Below, in pieces: positions 20,794 to 29,304 of a stretch of 64,000 bases of DNA; within the stretch, counting starts at the first letter, position 1; each line of letters opens with the position of its first letter. The translations under genes were made by a program, and so were the position numbers. The DNA is taken from the NCBI GenBank assembly GCA_951812955.1, contig OX638340.1, positions 192,001 through 256,000 on the forward strand. Direction: 5' to 3'. The notes beneath the pieces are model-generated. The model made no database searches and was not told the origin of the DNA. It was given only the letters and a program-made list of their open reading frames with translations. This stretch comes from an uncultured Gemmatimonadota bacterium (lineage in GTDB: Bacteria > JAAXHH01).

Positions 20794-21606
20794 ATGCAAA
20801 CGCTGTCCGTCGTGGTAATCACCCGCAATGAGGAACGGAAACTCCGCTGCTGCCTGGATCCCGTCTCCTGGGCCGACGACATCGTCGTAGTAGACAGTTA
20901 CAGCACCGACGCCACGGTGGAAATCGCGGAAACCTACACCGGCCGCGTGTTTCGTCGGGCCTGGTCCGGCTTTGCCGACCAGCGGAATTTCGGCATGGAG
21001 CAGGCCCGCGGGGAATGGATACTCTTTCTCGACGCGGATGAATACGTCACCGGCGGGCTCGAGCAGCGTATTCGCGAATTGTTGCGGGACGGCGGGGACT
21101 ACGACGCCTACAAGATCCATCGCCTGGAACACTTCCTTCGGTTTCCGATCAGACACGGGACCCTCAATCCGAGTTACCAGCCCCGGCTGCTGAGAAAAGG
21201 GAAGGGGTACTGGACGGGCGGCGCGCACGCCCATATCGAGGTAGACGGCCACGGCGAACTGGGCCTGATCCACGAGGACCTCTACCATGATTCGCACAAC
21301 TCGCTCTCCGATTTCATCGAACGGATCAACCAGTACACCACGGTGGACGCGGAAGAGCGTATTCTGGCGGGGCAGCGTGTGGGACGACTGCGCCTGGTGC
21401 TTTCACCTGTCGGGATGGCCTGGAAGTGCTATATCGTTAAAAAGGGGTACCGGGACGGGTTCCCCGGCCTGCTGTTCAGCCTTTGTATGGGGATCTATTC
21501 GTTCCTGAGGCTGGTCAAGGTCTGGCAGCACGGATCCCGGGTAGAGGAGCGTACGGAAGGCCGGGCGAAGGATAACCCGGAAGGCCGGGCGCAGTCGCCG
21601 TCGTGA
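20794..21606 (+). CDS. Glycosyltransferase family 2 (WaaE/KdtX-like), paralog 3
   Basis: TLSVVVITRNEE...VVVDSYSTDAT...FLDADEYV; ATG at 20794 chosen (upstream part of ORF overlaps previous gene). Confidence 0.8.
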   Translation: MQTLSVVVITRNEERKLRCCLDPVSWADDIVVVDSYSTDATVEIAETYTGRVFRRAWSGFADQRNFGMEQARGEWILFLDADEYVTGGLEQRIRELLRDGGDYDAYKIHRLEHFLRFPIRHGTLNPSYQPRLLRKGKGYWTGGAHAHIEVDGHGELGLIHEDLYHDSHNSLSDFIERINQYTTVDAEERILAGQRVGRLRLVLSPVGMAWKCYIVKKGYRDGFPGLLFSLCMGIYSFLRLVKVWQHGSRVEERTEGRAKDNPEGRAQSPS

Positions 21607-21626
21607 AGGACAATTCGGACTGAATC

Positions 21627-22586
21627 ATGTCACAGGACGAACGATGCAGTATCGTGATACCGACGTGGAACGCGGGTTCATTGATCGAACGGTGCCTGCG
21701 CGCACTGAAGGATCACGGGGAAGCGGACCGTACGGAGATCGTAGTGGTCGACGACGGCGGCACGGACGACTCCGTCGAAAGGATAGAGGCGGCCTGTCCG
21801 GATGCGGTCCTGGCCAGGCACGGGGAGAACAGGGGTTTTGCCGCGGCGTGCAACACGGGCGTGGCCCGGGCTTCGCACGAAGTCGTGGTCCTGCTCAACA
21901 ACGACATCGTCGCCACCGGCCCGTTCCTGGATCCGCTCCTTTCCCATTTCCGGGATGACCGGGTGTTCGCTGTCAATCCCCGGGTCTACCACGCCTCGGA
22001 TCGGCGTCCCGGCGGCGGGTTGGTGCGGGGGTACATGCACTGCGGGCTGTTACGACTCAGGTGGGCCGAAAGCGAGTCCCGGCGCGAAGCCGGAGGACTC
22101 ACGCTGTACGCCAACGGGGCCGCCATGGCGGTTTCCAGGGAAAAGTACCTGTCGCTCGGTGGATTCGACACCCTGTACGCGCCCTTTTACTCGGAAGACC
22201 TGGACCTGTCCTACCGTGCGTACCAGCGGGGATGGACCGTGCAATATGAACCGGAAAGCCGGCTTGACCACGATCACGGCGCCACGATCGGCGCCCGACA
22301 TGATCAGACCCGCATCGACCGGGTCAGCATGAGAAACCGGATCCTCTTCGTGTGGCGCAACGTACGGGACGGGCGGTACCTGGCCGGTCATGTCCTTTGG
22401 ATGATCGCCCGCTCGTTCGGCGCGATGCTGAAGGGCGATCTGGCCTTTCTTGGGGCGCTTGTGGACGCGACGGCCCGGTGGGGCGCGGTGATGAAGCGGC
22501 GGCGGTCCGATCAGGAACCCGTGGTCTCCGACCGCGAGATCCTGCGATCCACATCCAGGTGGGCCGGTCGCGAACAGGCCGGATAG
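21627..22586 (+). CDS. Glycosyltransferase family 2 (larger GT-A type)
   Basis: CSIVIPTWNAG...VVVDDGGTDDS...LLNNDIV...YSEDLDLSYR (DxD and ED motifs). Confidence 0.75.
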   Translation: MSQDERCSIVIPTWNAGSLIERCLRALKDHGEADRTEIVVVDDGGTDDSVERIEAACPDAVLARHGENRGFAAACNTGVARASHEVVVLLNNDIVATGPFLDPLLSHFRDDRVFAVNPRVYHASDRRPGGGLVRGYMHCGLLRLRWAESESRREAGGLTLYANGAAMAVSREKYLSLGGFDTLYAPFYSEDLDLSYRAYQRGWTVQYEPESRLDHDHGATIGARHDQTRIDRVSMRNRILFVWRNVRDGRYLAGHVLWMIARSFGAMLKGDLAFLGALVDATARWGAVMKRRRSDQEPVVSDREILRSTSRWAGREQAG

Positions 22587-22637
22587 TCGGATTCTGCGCG
22601 CGCTCGGATTCTGCACTTGCTCGGATTCTGCACGACA
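22587..22637 (+). repeat. Three contiguous 17-bp direct repeats (TCGGATTCTGC core) in GT2/GT9 intergenic region
   Basis: tcggattctgcgcgcgc / tcggattctgcacttgc / tcggattctgcacgaca back-to-back immediately upstream of the GT9 start at 22658. Confidence 0.9.
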
Positions 22638-22657
22638 AATGGATAAGTTTGACTACC

Positions 22658-23701
22658 ATGAAAGCACCGGAACTGGATCGGATCCTCATTTCCCGTTTGC
22701 GGTTCATCGGCGATGTCGTGCTTACCACGCCGGTGATCAGGGCGCTGAAGCGTCAGTACCCGGAAGCGGGCCTCTACTTCTTGGCGGAGTCGGGACCCGC
22801 GGCGGTCCTCGCCCGGAACCCCTACCTGGAAGAAGTGATCGTGCTGCCGGATGAGCTCCTTCCAGGCCGGGCCGTCCTGACCCGGTGCGCTGCCCAGGTG
22901 CGGTTCCTTCGTTCATTGCGAAAGCGGCGGTTCGACCTGTCGATCGATCTCTTTGGCAATCCCCGAAGCGCGTTGCTGACCCTGGCCACGGGTGCGCGGT
23001 ACCGGGTCGGCTATGATGTTCGGGGAAGGGGCCGGGCGTATAATGTCAAGATCAGGCGGACCGAATCCCGCCGGGTGCTCGATGCCTACCTGGACGCCGT
23101 ACGGACGATAGGGGTTCCGGTCGAGGACGATCGCACCGAAGTGCATTTCTCCGTGGAAGACGCGAAGTGGGCGGACTCCTGGCTGAAGGCGCGGGGAATC
23201 GACGGAACCCGTCCGATTGTCGCCTTGAACCCCGGCGCCAGCTGGCCCGCCAAGACCTGGAGCGCGGGGCGGTTCGCCGAACTGGCGGCGGGGTTGACCG
23301 GAGAACTGAATGCGGCGGTCCTGCTGGTGGCGGGACCGGGTCAGCGGGATTTCATGAATGTAACAGACGCGCTGACCGCTCATGACTGTCCCGTCGTGCA
23401 TACCGATTCGCTCACCCGTCTGGCGGCGTTGATCCACCGCTGCCGCCTGTACGTTTCAAATGACTGTGGCCCGATGCATATCGCTGTCGCCGTGGGCACG
23501 CCTACGATCGGCCTCTTCGGACCGAGCCGGCCGGAGATCTGGTTTCCCTATTCGGCTGAGGAAGGGCACGTAGCACTGCAGGCCGAAACGGACAACTGCT
23601 GCGGCCGCGATTTCTGCATAAGGTCGACGCCCTGCATCGAATCGATCTCGCCGCGCAAAGTGCTCGACACCGCGGAATCTCTGCTAGGCCGGTCCGTTTA
23701 A
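22658..23701 (+). CDS. Glycosyltransferase family 9 (heptosyltransferase-like), paralog 2
   Basis: ILISRLRFIGDVVLTTPVIRAL ... VSNDCGPMHIAVAVGTPTIGLFG. Confidence 0.8.
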   Translation: MKAPELDRILISRLRFIGDVVLTTPVIRALKRQYPEAGLYFLAESGPAAVLARNPYLEEVIVLPDELLPGRAVLTRCAAQVRFLRSLRKRRFDLSIDLFGNPRSALLTLATGARYRVGYDVRGRGRAYNVKIRRTESRRVLDAYLDAVRTIGVPVEDDRTEVHFSVEDAKWADSWLKARGIDGTRPIVALNPGASWPAKTWSAGRFAELAAGLTGELNAAVLLVAGPGQRDFMNVTDALTAHDCPVVHTDSLTRLAALIHRCRLYVSNDCGPMHIAVAVGTPTIGLFGPSRPEIWFPYSAEEGHVALQAETDNCCGRDFCIRSTPCIESISPRKVLDTAESLLGRSV

Positions 23702-23721
23702 TCACCCAACCGGAATAATCC

Positions 23722-24762
23722 ATGCCCGTATCACCCGAACGAATCCTGGTCATTAAACTGCGAGCCACAGGTGACGTCGTTCTATCTACTCCCGTAATCG
23801 AAAACCTGAAGCGGCGGTTTCCCGGGGCCCGTATCACATTTCTGACGGAAGAGGCCTCCGCTGACGTATTGAGATGGAATGAATTCCTGGATGACCTCAT
23901 CGTGCTGCCGGTTCGTCGGTGGAAACGCGCCGGTTTCCGGCGGTCCTGGCGCGAGCAGGCTCGTTTCTACCGTAACCTGCGCCGCAGGCGTTTCGATCTC
24001 GCGATAGACCTCTTCGGCAACCCGCGCAGCGCCGTGCTGACCTGGCTGAGCGGGGCGGCGAACCGGGTCGGCTACGCCTTCAGGGGGCGTCGCCTCGCCT
24101 ACAACACCGTGGTTGCGCCCCCGGAACGGGCGGGGCACGAGGTCCTTTTCCACCTCGAGGCCCTCGAGGCCCTGGACATCCCGGTTGTCACCAGCCGGCC
24201 AGCCGTCACCATACCCGGGACGGCCGAAGGAAAGGCGCGCCGGTGGCTGCGTGGGCATATCCAGGAAAGCCGCGCGGTCGTTGGGCTGAATCCAGGTGGC
24301 GGATGGGCAATCAAGCGGTGGCCGCCGGACAGTTTCGGCCGCCTGGCAGACGCCCTGATCGATGAATTCGGCGTGGAAGTCCTGGTCATGTGGGGTCCGG
24401 GCGAAGAGGCGCTCGTCGAAGCGGTGGCCGGCGCCATGCGTAACCGTCCCTTCGTTATCCCCGCGGTAACGCTCGCGGAACTCGGCGCCTACCTCAAACG
24501 CTGCTGCCTGCTGGTCAGTAACGACAGCGGTCCGATGCACATGGCCGCGGCGCTGGACGTTCCGACGATCGGTATTTTCGGTCCAACCGATCCCCGGGCC
24601 CAGGGGCCATGGGGCGATGGTCACGGTGTGGTGCGGAAGGAAAGTGTCGACTGTCTCGGCTGCAACCGGGTCGAATGTCCCATCGGCAACATTTGCATGA
24701 CGACGCTGGAACCCCGAGAGGTACTCGAGAAGATACAGCCATACATTCCAGTCGAAGCTTGA
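23722..24762 (+). CDS. Glycosyltransferase family 9 (heptosyltransferase-like), paralog 3
   Basis: ILVIKLRATGDVVLSTPVIENL ... VSNDSGPMHMAAALDVPTIGIFG. Confidence 0.8.
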   Translation: MPVSPERILVIKLRATGDVVLSTPVIENLKRRFPGARITFLTEEASADVLRWNEFLDDLIVLPVRRWKRAGFRRSWREQARFYRNLRRRRFDLAIDLFGNPRSAVLTWLSGAANRVGYAFRGRRLAYNTVVAPPERAGHEVLFHLEALEALDIPVVTSRPAVTIPGTAEGKARRWLRGHIQESRAVVGLNPGGGWAIKRWPPDSFGRLADALIDEFGVEVLVMWGPGEEALVEAVAGAMRNRPFVIPAVTLAELGAYLKRCCLLVSNDSGPMHMAAALDVPTIGIFGPTDPRAQGPWGDGHGVVRKESVDCLGCNRVECPIGNICMTTLEPREVLEKIQPYIPVEA

Positions 24763-24787
24763 CATTAACCGGTCCACATGTTATATT
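24759..24787 (+). promoter_or_regulatory. Candidate promoter TTGACA-N17-TATATT for rng
   Basis: TTGACA 24759-24764 (overlapping the stop of the preceding gene), 17-nt spacer, TATATT 24782-24787. Confidence 0.5.
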
Positions 24788-24847
24788 TTACTACTTTGGA
24801 ACGCTTACTTTAACCGGCTCTCCTGGAGCCAGACAGAAGGTTTTTAT

Positions 24848-26380
24848 TTGCGGAAAGATATCATAGTTGAGACGGCCACGCACGAAACGCGCATTGCCAT
24901 GCTCGAGGACAACCATCTCGTTGAGCTTCTGGTCGAACGCCCGGAACACGAACGCGTGGTCGGGAATATCTGCAAGGGCGTTGTAACGGCGGTCATACCG
25001 AGTATTCAGGCAGCCTTCGTCGATATCGGCATGGACAAGGCGGCCTTCCTGCAGGCGTCGGATGTCACCGGAGGGGCCGACTGGATCGATTTCGATGACG
25101 ACGAAAACCAGGATTCCGGATCCGGCAGGAGCAGAGACCGGGAATACCGGATACAGGAGATGGTCAAAGAAGGCCAGGAAATCGTAGTCCAGATTACGAA
25201 GGAGTCGATCGGCACCAAGGGACCTCGGGTCACCTCCCAGATATCTCTGCCGGGCAGGTTTCTCGTGCTGGTTCCCCATGCCAATTACGTCGGCGTGTCG
25301 CGACGGATCGACGACTGGAGCGAAAAGCGCAGGCTCAGGGACCTGGCCCGAAGCCTCAAGTCCGACGACTTCGGGGTCATCGTGCGGACGGCCGCACTGG
25401 GCAAATCGGATTCCGAGTTGAAGAACGATCTCAAGCAGTTGACCAAGATCTCGAAGAATATCGAGAAACAGGTCGGGAATACATCGGCCCCCGCCATGAT
25501 CCACAAGGACGTCGAAATGACGTCGGGGATGATACGCGATCTGTTCACGCCCGATATCGACAGTGTAATCATCGATTCGAAGGCGGTATACAAGGAGATC
25601 CTCGCATACCTCAAGGGGGTGGCCCCCCAGCTCCGCTCGCGCGTTCACATGTACGATGGGACGGCGCCGGTGTTCGACGCCTACGGGATCGAAAACGAGA
25701 TCGGCAAGGCGCTGCACCGGAAAGTATGGCTGAAGAATGGCGGATACATACTCATCGAGCCCACAGAAGCGCTGGTGACGATAGACGTGAATTCGGGGCG
25801 GTACGCGGGCTCCAAGGGGCACGAGGAAACGGTGTACCAGACCAACCTGGAAGCCTGCGCGGAGGTCGCCCGGCAGCTTCGGCTCAGGGACATCGGGGGC
25901 ATCATCGTTATAGATTTCATTGACATGGAAGACCGTGGAAACCGCCGCCAGGTGCACCAGGAGATGGAAAAGGTCATGGCGCACGACCGCGCGCGGACAC
26001 GCATGTCCAAGGAGATCAGCGAATTCGGACTGATAGAGATGACCCGCCAGCGGATCCGTCCCAGCCTGCTCTTCACCTTCAGCGAAGCGTGCCCGGTGTG
26101 CGACGGAACCGGACGAATCATGTCGCGCCTTACCATGGTAACCCAGATCGGCCGGTGGCTGAAGCGGGCGAAGCCGGGCTTGAGAGAACGAAGGCTCAAG
26201 CTCAAAGTCCATCCCACCGTGGCGTTGAGTCTGAACGAAAACGGCCGGGAGAAACTGGTGAACCTGCAAGACGAATACAAGATGCAACTTCAGATCGAGG
26301 AAGATCCGTTTCTTCACGTGGAGGAGTTCCGCGTGTTTTCGGGCAAACGGGACCTGGACGTGACCGACGAGTTTAAGTGA
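24848..26380 (+). CDS. rng: Ribonuclease G (RNase E/G family, short form)
   Basis: N-terminal S1 domain VGNICKGVVTAVIPSIQAAFVDIG, catalytic region VTIDVNSG, Zn-link CPVCDGTG; 510 aa; TTG start. Confidence 0.8.
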   Translation: MRKDIIVETATHETRIAMLEDNHLVELLVERPEHERVVGNICKGVVTAVIPSIQAAFVDIGMDKAAFLQASDVTGGADWIDFDDDENQDSGSGRSRDREYRIQEMVKEGQEIVVQITKESIGTKGPRVTSQISLPGRFLVLVPHANYVGVSRRIDDWSEKRRLRDLARSLKSDDFGVIVRTAALGKSDSELKNDLKQLTKISKNIEKQVGNTSAPAMIHKDVEMTSGMIRDLFTPDIDSVIIDSKAVYKEILAYLKGVAPQLRSRVHMYDGTAPVFDAYGIENEIGKALHRKVWLKNGGYILIEPTEALVTIDVNSGRYAGSKGHEETVYQTNLEACAEVARQLRLRDIGGIIVIDFIDMEDRGNRRQVHQEMEKVMAHDRARTRMSKEISEFGLIEMTRQRIRPSLLFTFSEACPVCDGTGRIMSRLTMVTQIGRWLKRAKPGLRERRLKLKVHPTVALSLNENGREKLVNLQDEYKMQLQIEEDPFLHVEEFRVFSGKRDLDVTDEFK

Positions 26381-26407
26381 CTGGACCAAATGAACAAGGA
26401 GTGATCG

Positions 26408-26734
26408 ATGTACGCTGTGATCAGATCGGGCGATCAGCAGTTCAGTGTCAACGAGGGGGATGAGATCCAGGTCGAGAAGATTGCCGCCGAAGTGGGCGAG
26501 GAGATCACCATCGACCAGGTACTCCTCCTGGGCGGCGGGGAGACGCTGGTCGGTACGCCGACGGTGGCCGGTGCTACCGTGACGGCCAGGGTAACGGAAC
26601 AGGGGCGTCATCCCAAAATCGTGGTGTTCAAGATGAAACGCCGTAAGAACTACCGCCGGAAGAGGGGGCACAGGCAGCATTATACCGCGCTCGAAATAAC
26701 CGGCATCAACTACGACCCAAGCGTGACCAACTGA
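26408..26734 (+). CDS. rplU: 50S ribosomal protein L21
   Basis: [14 protein letters not shown]... canonical L21. Confidence 0.92.
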   Translation: MYAVIRSGDQQFSVNEGDEIQVEKIAAEVGEEITIDQVLLLGGGETLVGTPTVAGATVTARVTEQGRHPKIVVFKMKRRKNYRRKRGHRQHYTALEITGINYDPSVTN

Positions 26735-26752
26735 TTTGAGAGGAGCCTTGAC

Positions 26753-27007
26753 ATGGCCCACAAGAAAGGCGTAGGGAGTTCTCGCAACGGTAGAGACAGC
26801 AATCCCAAGTTTCTCGGCGTGAAAACCGGAGACGGCATGCGCGTCCGGGCTGGCAACATCCTCGTTCGGCAGCGGGGAACGCGTATTCTACCTGGAACGA
26901 ACGTCGGGCGCGGCAACGACGACACACTCTTTGCCCTCGCGGATGGCGTCGTTCAGTTCCGCCGGCTCGGGAAGAGCCGTACGCAGGTCCATATCGCCAA
27001 CGGGTGA
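26753..27007 (+). CDS. rpmA: 50S ribosomal protein L27
   Basis: [24 protein letters not shown] canonical L27. Confidence 0.92.
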   Translation: MAHKKGVGSSRNGRDSNPKFLGVKTGDGMRVRAGNILVRQRGTRILPGTNVGRGNDDTLFALADGVVQFRRLGKSRTQVHIANG

Positions 27008-27011
27008 TCCC

Positions 27012-29231
27012 ATGGCGATCGCCGATGACGCCGTCGTTCGAAAGGCGAAAGACGGGATTTTCGCCTTCCTCGAGGGACAGTTCCGGGGCGGGCTGATCGA
27101 TGAAGGACTCTACGAACAGGCCCGCCGCAACGTAGTCCCGAATCTCCGCAACTGGCTGACCGACCCTCACATCATCCGGCTGTCCCCCCGGCTCGGAGAA
27201 GGACTGAGAACCGCGGTCGAAGCGGACAGGTGGGCCGAACTGATCGAAGCCTTCGTGGACGAGATCAAGTTCGGCACAGCAGGTATACGCGGCAAGGCCG
27301 CGATGTCGGATGAAGAACTGCAGATCCTTTCCCGCGACGGCATGGATGCCCCCATCCTCAAGGGGCCGAATACACTCAACAACATCGTTCTTCTGCTGAA
27401 ATCCACGGGCGTGGCGAAATACGCTGTCGATCATGGGCTCAGGGCCATCGTCATCGGATATGACAGCCGGGTCGCGGGCCAGGACTTCGCGCGGCTGGTG
27501 TCCCGGGTTTTCCTGGCGGCGGGAATGAAGGTCTACCTGTTCGACGAAGCCTGCCCATATCCGGAAATGACCTTCGCCATTCCAACGCTGGGCGCCGACA
27601 TGGGTATCCTGATCTCAGCGAGCCACAACGACCGCAGATACAATGGCTACAAGCTTTCTGCCGGTACGGGATCGCAGTTTCCACCGGGGGAACGTGCCGT
27701 AATCTACAACGACTACATCAGGAGAACGACCCCGGCCCATATAGCCCTCGTGGACTACAATGAAGCCGGCGTCGATCCGGATCACCCCGATGATCCTGGC
27801 CGGGACGGCAACAGGCTCGTGTTTCTGGGCGGGGCGGCTCCGTTGTCCGGCTTCGACTACCTGGACCGTCCTCTCGTCGATATCCACCGGATGTACCAGG
27901 ACCAGATCCGGGGCTTCATATCCGACCCGGCCATGACGAAGTCCTGGGCACCCACCGTCGGGATCGGGTATTGCGCCTTCCACGGGGCCGGGCGTAAGGC
28001 CGTGCCGCGGTTGCTGAAGGACTTCAGTTTCACCCGCGTGAACCGGATAACCAGGCACCAGTTGAACGAGCTCAACGGCCTTTTCCCCGCCTTCCAGGAT
28101 CACCCGGAACAACAACCGGACCCCGGTGATCCCATGGCTGCGGAGATTGCCGTGAACGCTTACCGGGAACAGTACGGCGCGGAAGATCTGGAAGGCCTCG
28201 ACCTCATGATCGGTACCGACCCGGATGCCGACAGGGCGGGACTGGTGATCAAGGTCCCCCGGGAATTCCGGGCGTACCACGAGAACAGGTCCCATATCCT
28301 TTTGTCGGCCGACGATGCCTGGTCCCTGCTGCTCTGGTACCGCCTGTCCAGGGATACCGGGGATTCGCGGGCGTTTCGACCCCGGCCGGAGGAGTCCTTC
28401 GTCGTGCTTTCCCATATTACGACCGACGCACTGGTCCGGCTCGCGCGAAAGTACGGGCTTGGCGTCATCAAGACCTGGGTCGGTTTCGGCTTGATCGCCA
28501 ATGCGGTCGAACGCGTGTGGTCAGGAGACGACCTGTCGGATCCCCGTTTCAGGGACATCATCTATCAGACCGTGGATATGGATGGTAAGCCTCGAAGCTA
28601 CAATGTGGGGTGCCTTGAACAAAGTAACGGGTTCAGTATACTGGGTGGCCCGCCGGCCACGGCCGAGGCCATGGGAACGAACGGGCACGTGCGGGACAAG
28701 GACGGGGTCTTTGCCGCGATCCTGCTCGCCGAGGTGGCGGCCTATGCCGCGTCCATCGGGACGACGATCTATGACCTGATAGACGAAAAGATCTACCTGG
28801 ATCCGGACATCGGATGTTTCGTGACCGATGTCGTGCCCGTTCCGCAGTGGGGAGAATTCGCGGGACTGGAGGGGTTGACGCGGAAGATCGTTTGCCTCAG
28901 GCGATGCGCCGACCTGGGGGAACGCGTCCGGGAAGGCGAATCCATATCGCTGGACGGTCTTCCGGTGCTGTCATCGGAAACCTTCGTCGCGGGCAAGTAC
29001 GCGGATGCGCACCAGTGGCCCGGTTTTCCCGATGAGGGCATTCGGTTCTACTTCGACGAGGAAAGACTGAATTACATGACCGTGCGTCCATCGGGCACGT
29101 CCCAATGCTTCAGGTTTCACATGCAGTTGCAGGTGGAGAACCCGACACGGCACCGCCTGGCGCAACAGAAGTACGAGGCCAGGCTGCGTGCCCGGAGGAT
29201 GATCGCCGCGATGCGCGAACGGATCATGTAG
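27012..29231 (+). CDS. Alpha-D-phosphohexomutase superfamily protein (PGM/PMM-like), 739 aa with N-terminal extension
   Basis: GTAGIRG; phosphoserine loop ISASHND; metal loop GTDPDADR; phosphate-binding RPSGTSQ; ATG at 27012 right after rpmA stop. Confidence 0.75.
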   Translation: MAIADDAVVRKAKDGIFAFLEGQFRGGLIDEGLYEQARRNVVPNLRNWLTDPHIIRLSPRLGEGLRTAVEADRWAELIEAFVDEIKFGTAGIRGKAAMSDEELQILSRDGMDAPILKGPNTLNNIVLLLKSTGVAKYAVDHGLRAIVIGYDSRVAGQDFARLVSRVFLAAGMKVYLFDEACPYPEMTFAIPTLGADMGILISASHNDRRYNGYKLSAGTGSQFPPGERAVIYNDYIRRTTPAHIALVDYNEAGVDPDHPDDPGRDGNRLVFLGGAAPLSGFDYLDRPLVDIHRMYQDQIRGFISDPAMTKSWAPTVGIGYCAFHGAGRKAVPRLLKDFSFTRVNRITRHQLNELNGLFPAFQDHPEQQPDPGDPMAAEIAVNAYREQYGAEDLEGLDLMIGTDPDADRAGLVIKVPREFRAYHENRSHILLSADDAWSLLLWYRLSRDTGDSRAFRPRPEESFVVLSHITTDALVRLARKYGLGVIKTWVGFGLIANAVERVWSGDDLSDPRFRDIIYQTVDMDGKPRSYNVGCLEQSNGFSILGGPPATAEAMGTNGHVRDKDGVFAAILLAEVAAYAASIGTTIYDLIDEKIYLDPDIGCFVTDVVPVPQWGEFAGLEGLTRKIVCLRRCADLGERVREGESISLDGLPVLSSETFVAGKYADAHQWPGFPDEGIRFYFDEERLNYMTVRPSGTSQCFRFHMQLQVENPTRHRLAQQKYEARLRARRMIAAMRERIM

Positions 29232-29304
29232 CGTACTACGTCCGCTGACTGCCGATGGGGTGGTATGGTGGCTTCAGCGGTTGGCCGATGGAAGCGGATA
29301 AGCC

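Noticed and set aside
22587-22637. Possible CRISPR array (short direct repeats)
   Set aside because: Repeats are contiguous with no unique spacers, only three 17-bp units, and no cas genes anywhere in the window. Treated as a tandem repeat or regulatory array instead. The same applies to the 52-bp x2 repeat at 58959-59062.
29242-29280. Possible bidirectional terminator between the convergent phosphohexomutase and ppiD genes
   Set aside because: Only a 7-bp stem (ccgctga/tcagcgg) with a 25-nt loop and no flanking U-tract. Too weak to call.
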